64,000 nt of DNA from the human T2T-CHM13v2.0 reference genome, Homo sapiens. Shown one piece after another: positions 24,627-37,791 of this stretch; positions within the stretch are counted from its first letter, which is position 1; each line of letters opens with the position of its first letter. Position numbers and translations under genes: made by a program. The notes below the pieces were generated by a model that saw only the letters and a list, made by a program, of their open reading frames with translations, ran no database searches and was not told where the DNA came from. Where the stretch lies: assembly GCF_009914755.1 (NCBI RefSeq), contig NC_060938.1. One strand, written 5' to 3'.

Positions 24627-27600
24627 ATGGGGGCAGGGTGCAGGTGCAACTCCAAGGGGCCCAGTAACCTCAGGCCAGACACATGCTGGGTGGAGGGAGA
24701 AGAAGTCCCGGGAAAATGGCCTGGAAGTCTTAGGAAGCATCTGTTTCCACTGGGCAACTCAGGAGGCAGAGTCTGCTATGAAGCTGGGTGAAGAAGACAA
24801 GAGCTAAGCAGCATGTTGGGACGAACCAACAGGGAGGGGAATAGAGCCAGATCAGAGGGAGGGAGTCAAAGGCCACCCGGAGAGGGGCTGGGTGCAGAGC
24901 ATGGGGCCAGGGTGCGACTGACCCTGGGCCACCCTGCCCAGGTGTCTGTTCAGTGTGCCAGCTTCTGGGAGTACCGTGGGCCCTTGCAGAATTGCCTCCA
25001 CCTCAGAGGGCTGCTTTGAGCAAGGTCGCAGCTTTATTGGGCTGACTCCCACCCACAGGCTGGTCACAGGGGTGTGAGGGTGGGGCAACTCAGCAGTCCT
25101 GGTGCCCGCATCTCAGCAGGACTCTTCCTCTGTCCAGTTCTGCTCCCTTCCTCCCTTCCACAGGTGATCCATGGTCCCTACTGAACCTCCACACACCACC
25201 TATCATCTCTCAGTCAGCTTACTGGGGAGCCCAAACCTTGATAGGTGAGAAGGAGGAAGTGCATTTTAATCAGGGTTCTGCAGTTCCCTGCTCAGCACTC
25301 CCTGCTTTCTTCCTCGGGCACTCCAACAACCTTATAAACTGGCAGCTTTGGATCCTGTTACTAAAAAGGGAGCCACCAGGGCAGGTGGACCTGCCCATGG
25401 TCAGACACCTGGCATGGGGCAGAGCTGGGACAGGAGGCTCCTGAGGGACTCCAGGAAAGCCATGGCTGGGCAAGACAAGCTGGCAGCTTGTTAAGGTGCA
25501 GGTCTCACTGATCTTCTGGAAAAGCACAACACAGGACACGAGGGCACTGGCTCAGGAACCCCAGATCTGAATTCCAATTCGCCACTGACCAGCTGGTAAC
25601 CTTGGGTGACTTACTGAACTCTTCTGAGCCTCGGTTTCTCCACTGATTAAAAGGGGCTTAAATCCACTTAGCAATATTTTCTAAGGACTACGCCTTTAAA
25701 AGTGTATTGAAGTATGCAGCATGATGAAAGCTTCATAACAAGTGCTGAGAAAACAGTGGCTCCCCATCCCACTCCCGTCCAGCCCTTCAACTCCATCCCA
25801 GGGTTACCGCTCACCTGGGCTAAACCTGTAGGGTCCCTGTATCTGTGTCTGCAGCTGGGCAAGGCCAGGCTGTCCCCGGGAGCCCCACCACTTGCTATCT
25901 GTGTCCTATCCTCCTCTGTGAAGAGCACTTCCTTGCCTGCCCCTGCCCACTCCTGGAAGGGAGAAGGAAGTATTCCCAGGCAGACATATCTGGCTTCCAG
26001 CAGCCCTGTGCACGGTGGGCCACTCCAACCTCCCCCAAGCTGGCCAGCAATTCCTGCCCAAAGGCCCCGTCTGTGCAGCTGCCAGCGATGTCTTCTCTAC
26101 TGCCTTCTCTCCTGGGCCCTAGCAACAGGCTTCCCTGTGAACCTGTCAAGTCTTATGCACTGAAAGTACTACACCTTGAAAGAAAGGTGATCTCCTCCTC
26201 AGAGCACAGTGGGAGGAGGGCCTCCATGCGGAGAAGCAGCCATCCTCGCAACTCCTCTCCTTGGGACCAAAGCCAGGCTCAGTACAGGCTTCAGACTCTC
26301 CCTAGAGACCATCAGGGATCATCTGCCATCTACCCAGATTATGGAGGCTCCAGGAATGAGGTTGGTCTTCATTTGTGGCCTCTCCATCGGAGAGGCCTAA
26401 GACTTGTGTCCCTGGAACTAGGACTGTGTGGAGCAGATGAACCCCTGAGCTGCGCTGGCAAGTGATCCTGCACTATGGAAGAGAATGGGCTGCCCCAGGG
26501 ACTGCACAGGAAATGATCACAGGGCACTGAGCTCTGTTGTAGGCCTGGAGTTCCCCAGAGTGCTTCCTTCTCTCATAGACTCAAGGCAGGTAACAAAACC
26601 CCCAGTTTCCAGAGAAGAAAAGTGAGGCGCTCAGAGGGGCAAGGCCTCCTCACTTGCATGGCATGCACCTCAGGGATGTCAGATCCCCACACACTCACCC
26701 TTTCCACCATATCTGACATCTGTTTGCAGGGCTTTGCAGCCTCCAAAAGACTTCATTCATCCAGTGTACAAATTACCTTGACCATATCCCTGTGCGCCCA
26801 TTTTAAGGAGGAGGAACCTGAACCCCAGGCCGTTTGGAAGACATCTCAGCATCACACGTGGGCTGCCATGTGTGCTAGGAGTCGGGTGCCCTGAACTTTT
26901 TCTTGCCCCTGCAGGCTTGGGCATCAACTCTTAGAGCATGGAGGGGGTTATGTGGTGGTGGAGGGCAGAGAGGGAAAGCCTCTCCAGACTTTTCTGTGGT
27001 CAGTGGGTCATCCAGAATCACAGCTAATATTCATGGAGCCCTTGACTATGCCCCAGGTACCTTGCAAAGCACTTGAGCTGTATATCGCATTCAATACCCT
27101 CAATAACTCTGTAATGTAAATGTTATTCTTCTCCTACTTTACAGAGAGGGGATCTGGAATCAGAGGCGCTAAGTCAAGGGTCAACATCCCTCAGTGAAGG
27201 GGTAGCAGATGAGGGGTCTCACTCCACTTCCATCTGCCTCGGGCTGGGGATCTGAATCACCAACTTGCTTTCATCTCTCCTGCCTTTATCCATCCTGCTT
27301 CCTGTCCTCTCTCTCTCTCTCTCCCAATGTCTTCTCTTCCTTTCTTTCTTCCTCTTTTTCCTCTCATTTTCTTTATAAAGAGAATCTACTAGGTACAAGG
27401 AAAATCACGAACCTGCTGACAGCTCAGGGATTGCAGTTGCAATTTTTTTTCTATATGTAGATGGATCTTTTCTTAAATATAAGTGTGAGAAAAAGCTGTT
27501 CCCTGAGGGTTTATGATTAAAAAAAAAAAGAACAGAAATAACCTTTGTGCTATCAGGGCTGCTAAGTAAATGATGGTTTTAACGTGATAAAATATTAGTG

Positions 27601-28056
27601 CTTAAAATAATGGTCTTGATGTGTCAGTGGTGGTTTTCTCAGGGTTATGAATGTCTAGGAGATTTTCATTTTTTTCTTGAATGTTTTGTGTTTTTCCAAT
27701 TTTTCTACAACAAGCATGTGGTAAGTTGGTAATCAGAAAAGAAAAAAAAACCTAAAATATAATGGTTATGAAGATTATGTAGGAACTCATGAAAAAAAAA
27801 GGTACTTATGAGAGACCTGTTTCTGGGATTTATGGAGCAGAATGTCGTCAGATAAGGTGAACTTCTGGTCTTGTAGCAGGCTGAACTCCAAAGAAGGGCA
27901 GAGTGGCGAGTAGGGAAAAATTCATACTAAAATTAGGCAGCTAGAGTAAACAAGAGTAAGGGCAGGGGGTGACTGGAGTAAAAACTAGTCAAAGTAGAGA
28001 ATTACTTACTATCTAAAGGGCTTCAGGATAGATAGAGAGATTACTTTGCTATCTAA

Positions 28057-28211
28057 AGGTGGAGACTTGGGGAAGGAGGAAGCCAAGGGCCTGTTGAAAG
28101 TCAGGAGCTGTAAGAGGAGACAATAGCTTGTGCCAAGATCCGTCTGCTGATTATAATGAGCCTTTGAAGTACACCTCACCTTCTCTAGAGTGGACTGGGA
28201 GCCCCTGTCTC
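28057..28211 (+). repeat. Dispersed direct duplicate, copy 1 (partner 30656-30811)
   Basis: 108-bp core differs from partner at 3 positions. Confidence 0.95.
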
Positions 28212-29944
28212 ACCTCCCAGCCTAAGGTGCCATCAGAAAACTTTATCCAATAAAGAAAGTGCTGTTTCCAGAACATTCCAGCGAGGCTACTGCAGCCATG
28301 ATGGCAGGTCTTCCACCATCACCAGCAACACTCCAGGGGGTGGGGCAAGAAGTCACTGCATATATTCGGGAAAGTGCTAGCTAAGAACATCCTAGTTATT
28401 AGAGATTATTGACTACAAATATTCTCTGTGCAAAATGCTTTCTTTTAGAAATGTCCTTATGTGTGGCTTTCAAGAAGGGGCTGTATCGCTTAAGTGCAGT
28501 GACCACATCACATCTTCACAGGGAACAGAGATGAGAGTGGCTGCAGCTTTCTTCTGTGGAGCTCCCGAGCTGCTCTCAACTGCTCCTGCAGGAAGCCGTG
28601 CCCTGGCTCCTCTCGCACCCTTTCCATCCTCTCCCTTAGTCACGGCGTCTTTCTGTACTCACTTCCCTTGAGATTTTCTTCCTGCAGGAAGCCTTGTGGA
28701 CTCTCCAGCCTTGGGCGTCGTGTGTACGCCCTCACCTCCCTGCTCTTCCCACTGGCAAAGCCCTTGTCACGCAGCACTGCTCCATCTGCTTACTGGTCCC
28801 CTTACCACCACCCCCTTGTAGGCCATAGCACCTTGAGGGCAGGTGCTATGGCCTACAAGCACTGCTTCAAGCACCCAGCACAAAGCTTGGTCCAAAGTAG
28901 ATGCCAGGTAAGTAAATAGAAAAATGAATGAATGAACGAACAGCACACATTTTTTCCTGCAAGGTATTTTAAGATTAGAACACTATTACCTAATCCAAGA
29001 ATAGAAACCCATTTTGAAATGTTTGGGAAGATGTGCAGGATGGCATTTAGTTAAATCTGTTATGTTGTGTTTTGCTCCCTCTTACCAGCCTCAGAACTCA
29101 CTGAAGGAAGGTCCTTCTTCCAGTTACTTTTGCATCCTTGCAGTGTCTAAGGTCTCAATGCATTTTTGTGGCCTGAACAAATGAACCAATGAATGTGTGA
29201 AAGTCACTTCTCCGGTTCCTTCCTGTAAAAGTTTGATGTTCTAAGGACCTTCAAAGTAAAGTATCAGAAAAGAATGTCACCTTTCAACAAATTGTGAACA
29301 ATTCTGAAAAAAAAAAGGAGCCATCAAAGGACAAAAGGGACAAGGAAGTACCTCCCAGCATTACAAGGCATTACTGAAGCTAGTGTTGGCCTGAAATGCA
29401 TGCTTTTACTAGGAATCTAAAACCCATATAAGCAAACCAGGGAGTGAGCTGGAATTCTAGGAAAGAAAGTCAACCCTGCAGTGTACAAGAGAGCACCTCA
29501 CAGTTTCTGACAAATATCTTCACATCCACAGGAAACTGGTCTGCAATGTGGGACTAACATTTGGCAAAACCTCTTATGTAAAGCTCAGTTTCATCTACGA
29601 AGTGATGGTCTAGTGCCCACTGAAGCTGAATGACCCTGGACAAGTTCCTTAAAGCCCTAAAACTCAGTTTCCACATCGACAAAATTAGGAGAGTGGAAAC
29701 AGCAGTGTCTCCCTCATGCATAACATAATGAACACAAAGCCAGCACGGGGCCTGGCATTGAGTAATGAGTCAACTTATTTAAATGTTTAAACTGGTTTGA
29801 CTCTTTCATAACAATAACAGTAATTCTAACATCAGTACAGGCCAAGCATTGAGCAGGTTCTTTACTTATTTTATAATACATTTCTGCAACAGCACTATAT
29901 GGCAATTACCATTATTCCCACTTTACAGAAGAGAAAACCAAGGT

Positions 29945-29988
29945 GCCAAGGGTTCAGAAATTCGCCAAGGGTTCAGAAATTCACCAAG
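29945..29988. repeat. 19-bp tandem duplication inside a MIR
   Basis: gccaagggttcagaaattc x2 followed by accaag. Confidence 0.9.
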
Positions 29989-30655
29989 TTTACACAACAT
30001 GTAGTGGCTGGCCCGTAAATTAAACCCAGATGAAGCCACTGCTCTGTGACCACATAGCGAGTGGCAGGGGAAAGCCATGAGACAGGGTTGAGCTGAGGCA
30101 GAAGCTCAGAGACCATGCCTATCACTTCAGAAACAGTGTTCCACTGGAAAAACAGATGAGAGTTGTAATAAAATGGTTGATAATTGTGGCTTGTAAGGTA
30201 CATATTCAGCAGCAATCAGTGAACTAGAATACAAATATAATAAGCTTTTAAGAAGCTCTAAGCCTAGGCTGGAAGGTGGGGCATGGTAATCACTAGGTAG
30301 GAGGCAGAAAGTACAAAGCACATGTTAGAAGCTAGAGCTAGAAAGGTGAGTAGGGTTTCAAATGAGGTTAGACAGCGAATTTGAAGAGATGGGCTTCAGA
30401 AGCCTGACTGATGATCCAGGTCAGAGCTGGAGGAGATGGGAACCAGGGTAAGAGGGTGCTGAAGAAGTGAGGTGGGGCCAGGGGAGAAAGCCCTTTGGAA
30501 AGTCAGCTAAAGCACTTGGACTCTGTGTTAAAGGTGATGGAGATCCCCAACATAAGCTAGAAATCAGCTGGCCGTGGTAGGAGGTTCTGGGGACGGCAGA
30601 TATCAGCATGCCATGCAGAATTGCATACAGTCTCCTTGAACTAAGCCTCCTGCTG

Positions 30656-30811
30656 AGGCGCAGGCTCGGGGAAGGAGGAAGCCAAGGGCCTGTTGAAAGT
30701 CAGGAGCTGTAAGAGGAGACAACAGCCTGTGCCAAGATCCGTCTGCTGATTATAATGAGCCTCTGAAGTACACCTTGCCTTCCCTGGAGTGGGCTCCAAT
30801 GCCCCAGTGTC
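30656..30811 (+). repeat. Dispersed direct duplicate, copy 2
   Basis: ggggaaggaggaagccaagggcctgttgaaagtcaggagctgtaagaggagacaa...tgaagtacacct. Confidence 0.95.
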
Positions 30812-31484
30812 GTTGTACACTGTGTTGTCTGAGACTATTTTGGGAAATCAGATTTGCAACTCCATGAGCTGGTGAACAACCTGCTACATGAGCAGCCACA
30901 GCAGCAAAACATAGCTGGGCCTGGTGGCCAGAGGTCACTCAGGCTGTCCTATTGTGCACAGCCCAAAAGGAAAGTCTCCCTGCAGGGACCCATTCAGTCA
31001 TTCAGGCATCAGTGCCTGGACTCAGCATGCATTTACAAACTCTTATTTACTCATGCATCCATGCTTTCAGGGTTCCTTCACCGGATCAGCTGTTCATCGC
31101 CATCCACCGGTTCACTCCTGCACTCGTGTGCTCACTCTCTCACTCCTCAGTGCCTCGCCTGCTTATCCACATACTCCTTCCCTTCTGCGTCCTCTTGCAT
31201 GCTATGAGACAATGTGGCTTGGTGGTTACAGGCACTGGCTCTGGAGCCCAGCTGGCTGGCTTCAAATCCCAGCTTGATCATTTCCCACACATAATTTGAG
31301 TGGCAATTAAACTGTGCCTGTGTTCCTAGTCTGTAAAATGGGGATAATCCTAGTACTTGATGTGCAGCAGCTGTGAGCACTGAACAAGACAATACATGTA
31401 AAGTTCATGTAAGGCCTGGAGCTGCAAGGTCACATTGCACAGGGACACAGATGCAAGGAAATGACCATTATTTTCCCCATTTTT

Positions 31485-31621
31485 AAAAATTGTGTTAAAA
31501 TACACATAACGTAAAATGTATCATCTTAACCATTTTTAAGTGTACAGGCCAGTGGTATTAAATACACTCAAAGGTTATATGACTTTCACTAACACCCGTC
31601 TCCATAATAACTCTTTTCATC
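31485..31621 (-). mobile_element. L1MB 3' end
   Basis: aaaatacacataacgtaaaatgtatcatcttaaccatttttaagtgtaca. Confidence 0.8.
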
Positions 31622-31774
31622 AAGTGGGACCATTTTTGCAGACAATCTATCCCAGATGCATTGGAGTCCTGTTTGGGACTCAAGGGCCATGGACTAAATC
31701 TTCTGAAGACAGCAAGTAAACATGGAGCTCAGGGCATGGTGTGCCCTTGAAAGCACAGCCCATCTCAACACATC

Positions 31775-32860
31775 CTCCTGGCACCATGGATGTACCTTGG
31801 GGTGAAATCACTACGTTTTTGTGTGAACTAGAAGAGCTAAAAAAATGGACCTGCAAGGTGATGACATTCCATTAACCAGGATGTTGTGATCAGAAATGAT
31901 GTATGCAAGGAGTATAGTGCTATGTCAGATATGGAGAGTACAGGCTTAATAAATCACAGCTACCACCATCTATAGTATGACCCCCACAGGGCAGTATTTG
32001 ATTTTCTGTTCCTGTGTTAGTTTGCTGAGAATGATGGCTTCCAGCTTCATCCATGTCTGTCCCTGCAGAGGACATGATCTCATTCTTTTTTATGGCTGCA
32101 TAGTATTCCATGGTGTATATGTGCCACATTTTCTTTATACAGTCTATTACTGACAGACATTTGGGTTGGTTCAAATTTTTTGCTATTGTAAATAGTGCTG
32201 CAATAAACATATGTGTGCATGTGTCTTTATAGTAGAATGGTTTATAATCCTTTGGGTAAATACCCAGTAATGGGATTTTACAGGCCATTTTTCTATGATA
32301 GGACACCCCAGAATGCTACTTGAAGTGAGAAAGAGAAGGAGTACAGGAACCTTCATGGCCCGGATGGCTTACAGGAGAGTGCAGCTGGAGTTAGTAGCAG
32401 TGGACTACTCCAGGCCTAGGTGTTTAAAGCAGCAAAGCCAGCCATATGGCACACTCTGCTTGGAGCAATACCTTTGGATGACCTCAAGGGCTGTGGACAC
32501 CAAAACCCTTCAACAGCATCCAGCCTGCAGAATTACAACCTGGCTTCTATCATTAATGGCTTGGAGGTGGCTGTGCTTGATCTGGTAAGATCGTACAATG
32601 GGCAAGGCTATAAGAGCCAGCAACAGGTCATGTGGCCTCAAGGGGCTCGTGGCCCTACGAGGCCACAGAAGCCAGTGAACAGAGACAAAGATTGCTTCAT
32701 GGACACCTGTAAACATCCACAGGGAAGCTTGGAACCACCTGGGGAAATGAACCCTGAGCACCACAAAGTGGAGGTGACACCTGTGGAAAATGAGTATATA
32801 AATTTAAAGATCTCTAAGCTGTGCTCGCAAATCAAGGCAGAACTCAGCACACAGTAACAC
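31775..32860 (+). mobile_element. Decayed ERVL (class III)-like gag remnant
   Basis: Colinear peptide motifs MDVPW..ELEEL, DDIPLTRML, WHTLLGAIPLDDLKG/VDTKTL resemble ERVL Gag motifs as I recall them (DLPW..RLREI, EDIPLTNAL, WL..GVP..EIDG..TK.L); stops and frameshifts present. Confidence 0.45.
31991..32277 (-). mobile_element. Internal L1PA fragment (ORF2 end/3'UTR start), no poly-A
   Basis: Translates to PLLGIYPKDYK..YYKDTCTHMFIAALFTIAK...KKMWHIYTMEYYAAIKK (L1 ORF2 C-terminus); flanked by ACAGG on both sides. Confidence 0.92.
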
Positions 32861-33500
32861 GGACAACACTAGCGTTCAATGACAGGTATTTTTGAGAGGA
32901 TTGGTGCTGGATATGTATCTCTAACACTTTGAGGATGTTCTTTTGTGGGTAACATGATCCTTCTGTCTGCCTATGGAGGCTGTGTCAGAGGTGGACATTT
33001 TCCAAGATTTGGGCTTATTTTACCTAGAATTTCTTTAAGCATCTTAATTTCGTTTGTAAAATGGGAACTATACTCCATAACTCACAGGGCTGTCATGTGA
33101 TCAAGTGAAATCATGGATTAAAAAGTGATGATTATTGTTCATATGGACCTACCACTGAACTTTTTCGTTATTATTACTTTTATTAATATTATTGTTATTA
33201 ATTCATAATCTTCTAGCTGCAATTTTTCTTTAAAAGATGTTTTTCATGGTTCCCATAATAGAGAACAAAATAATATTCCAGTAATTATAAGGCACTTTGA
33301 GATCCTCTGGTAAGGGTATCCCTTTAGTAATCAGAACTACAGCAGATTTACATGGTTGAGGATATTAAAGCACATTAAATTCCATTATGGTTCTGATAGT
33401 GTTACTTAACATTCTCACACCTAATCATAAAGCATTAAAACTTATGGCCGGTTGCAGCAGCAAGTCTTTCCCAGAACAGGTTTCGAAAATCCTCATCTTC

Positions 33501-34106
<606 letters not shown>

Positions 34107-35689
34107 TCATGCCCCCCACACAGGCACACGACTTTAGTTTTCACTCATTTATTCGAACTTGCTTATTGGACGCCTGCTAAGATCTGTGCAGTCTTTGGGT
34201 AATGAGTGAGGTGCAATTCTTGCCTCAAGGAGACCTCAGAGTAAGGAAGTGAGGTAGAGAAACACCCTCAAGTGTCCAGGAGCTATCCAGCTTGTAAAGG
34301 TATTTAAATGAGCCACCTAGAATTGGGAGAACAAAAAATGAGCACCTCTGATTCCGGCCACTCAGTGCCGGAGCTGGGAGCTCCCAGAGAGAGGGTCCTA
34401 TGGTTAAGGCTTATTATCCTGTGGCCAGCAGACTGCCCAGTCCCATTATTTGCAGGTGGCTGTAAATGGGACTGCACACGTGGTCTGGCACATGTCTTAT
34501 CCTTGTGGTTTTGTGGTCACATGGAGAGCCAAGCTTCTCCCAGAACTCACCCTGCTCCTTACCCTTCCTCCAAGGGGACTGCTCCGGAACCACTGACTGT
34601 TGAAAAAACTACAGGGCTGTTACTCTCTAGGTTACTTAGATATGGTGGGCAGTGAGCAGCACGTTTTTTCAAAGTGCTCAGAAATTCTTCCTTTCTAAAA
34701 AACCATACTTTATTGGCCAGATAGGTCTGAGTTTGAACTATGATAATTACTTCCTAGTCCTATGCCTTGGAGTTTTATTTCTCTAAATCTCAGCTTCTTA
34801 ATCTGTAGGAAGTGGTGATAGGACCACCCAGGAGGCAGTACTGTTGTGGGAATTCAGTGAGATATTGCATGGATAATTCCTGTAATATAGAAGGTTCTGG
34901 AAAATATGAGTTCCTTTTGGTCACCTTCCCTAATGATGAGTAGCCCAAACTTCACACAGAAGCTCTAAGTTTATATTTTATCCCCCCAAATAAAAGGCCA
35001 AACGTTGATTCCAGTGCCATCAGACCCTGAAAAGATTCTTCTTGGTTCAATGTTTACCCCATCCCTACATCTGACCCCATGGTTCAGCCACACCATTTTC
35101 TTACTGCTGTAGGATACATTTCAGGTCCACTGTCGCCCACCTATTACTTCTTTAGCCTCAATACATGTAAGTTTTCACCTTCAACATGATCCAGCCACAC
35201 TAAACTGGTCAGTTCCCTTAATGCACACCTACTCAGTGTTCAGAGCAAGCACTTCTACCCCCACCACCACCTCTCTGTGCCCTACATGGCTCACACCACT
35301 CCACGCTCCTCTCTACCTGGGTAATGAGTTCTTATTGCCCTTACCTAAGTCTAAGATTCACTCAGCATAACCTATCGCATTTATTTCTGTCTCTCTTATG
35401 GCAGGAAGCTCCTTCATGATTACCACTATGTCTGATTGAATGTCTTTCACTTCCTGGAACCTGGAGATGCATGTGGTACATTGCAGATATTCAATACTTT
35501 CATATGAATGAATTAATGAAAAACCTACTAGTCTTTCTTGCTAACAAGTGTCTTATTGTGATTCCAATGCCCACCATGTTTTTTGTCCTTACAATTCTGT
35601 CCCTCACATGCCATGATCTGATTTAGTCTACCAAACTGTCCTTAATTTCTTTATGTTATGCATCAAAAATTGCTTAAAATCAGATACAT

Positions 35690-37472
35690 ATCTTCGAATA
35701 TCCTAGAGGAAAGCAAATAAGTGAAGAATACTAAACCAATATAACAACCACATTTAAAAATATAAAACAATAAATAGAAATTAAGAGAATTGGTAAGTAT
35801 AACAATATCAATAATTGCAATAAATGTGAATGGGTCAAATCCCCCTGTGAAAAGATAGAGATTTTCTTATTGGGTTTTAAACAAAGGAAAATTTAAGAAA
35901 AATTCATTTATGTTATGTTTATAAGGCATGACCCTAAAACAAAATGACAGGGAAAGCCTGAAAACAGACAGATGGAAAAAGAGAAATCAGCAAATGCTTA
36001 AATAAAAGAGGTGAATGAAAATATATATCAGAAAATGTATAATCCAACTCAAAAATATTAAATAGGACAAAAAGGGATTTTAATATTATTAAATATTACA
36101 CTCCGTCAAGAAGAATATTCACACATCCAGTAATAAAACTCCAAACTACATAAAACAAAACCTGTTGGAGAGACAAGAAAAAAACTAATAAATCCACAAT
36201 CATAATAGAAGATTTTAACACATTCCTCCCAGATCAAATGTCACATCAAGTAAACAAAAAATAAGTAGAAATACAAAAACTTTGAATATACCACTAACAT
36301 GCAGTGCCAAACAGAAAATACAAACCTTTTCAAATTCCTCTGACAGAGACAATAGAATTGAATACAGATAATGTATCAAATAAAATATCAATATATTCAC
36401 AAAAGCAGAAAATAGGAAGAAAAATATCTGACTATAGTATTTGTATAAATAAGAACGATAGGAAAAACAAACTAAAAGTTTTCACATTGAATTGGAAATT
36501 TATCCCTCTGCATATGTCTTGAGTTACAGAAGATATTAAAACAGAATAAAATACATTTTAGAAATAATAAAATGAAAAAACTACAAAACAAACCCTTAGA
36601 GATATGACCAAAGAAATATAAAGGAAAATTTCTAGTCATAACTGCATTTATTAGAAATTGAAAGCTGGAAAAAAATATTGAGATTTCAACTTAAAATGCT
36701 AAAAATACAATAAAATTAAACAAATTAGAATAAAAAATTAATCAATTTAGAGGCAGAGATGTCTTACATAGGGAACAAAAAAAGGTATAATTAATAGATT
36801 CCAAAGCATATTATTTGAAAACATCAATAAAATAGTTAAAAGTCTTATCAGGAAATCTGAAATGAAGAAAAAAGAAGACAAAAATAAGCAAAATTAGGAA
36901 TAAGAGATTATATAAAATCATAGAATCAGATGAAAATTTTTAAATGACATTATATACAAATTCATTACCTATAAATTTTAAAAGCTTAAGCAATGGACGA
37001 TTATTAAAAATATATGAATTTCAAAATTAATGTAATCAACATATTTAAAAACTTCTGTTCATCAAAAGACATTAAGGAAATGAGAAGCCAAGCCATGGAC
37101 TGGGAGAACATTCCTGATGGTACATAATATATCTGCAATATCTGTATCTACATCTGTAATAGAAAAAGAAATCCTAAAATTCAATAACAAAAATGGGCAA
37201 AGACTAGAACATACATTTTACAAAAGAAAATGTACAAAGAGCCAACAGGCACATGAAAAATTATTCAATATCATTAACCATCATAGAAATACAAATAAAA
37301 CCATAATGAGGCAACACTACATGCCCATGAGAATAGTAAAGTTAAAAAGGATTGACAACAACAAACATTGGTGAAGATGTGGAGCAAACTGAATGCTCAT
37401 ACATTGCTGGTAAAAGGGTAAAATGGTGCATGACTTTGGAAAGCCTTTGGCAATAAACAAATTAATCATTTA
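35690..37472 (+). mobile_element. L1M ORF2 fragments; 3' end resumes 40348-40875
   Basis: ataattgcaataaatgtgaatgg (endonuclease start), aaatccacaatcataatagaagattttaacac, aacttctgttcatcaaaagac, ggagcaaactgaatgctcatacattgctgg. Confidence 0.8.
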
Positions 37473-37791
37473 CCACCTGTCATGGTCAGTTCATGGTTAG
37501 CTCGGTCTGCTTTAACAAATTATCATAGACGGGGTCGCTTAAACAATCAACATTTATTTCTCGCAGTTCTGAAGGTTGGAAAGTCCAAGATCAAGGTGCC
37601 AACCTACTCTGATGACCACCTACTTCCTGGTTTTCAATAAACACCTTCTACTATATCCTCACGTATTGAAGAGAAAGAGATCATCTTTCTTTCTATCTCT
37701 TCTTGTAAAGGCACTAATCCATTCATGAAGGTTTCACCCTTATGACCTTATTACCTCCTAAAAGCGCCACCTCTAAGTGCCATTTTTGGCC

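Noticed and set aside
22642-25640. Repeated ttctgagcctcggtttc at ~22642 and ~25622
   Set aside because: MIR core in independent MIR copies, not a local duplication.
32785-32815. ENEYINLK resembling the SUMO N-terminus
   Set aside because: No downstream ubiquitin-fold or di-glycine similarity.
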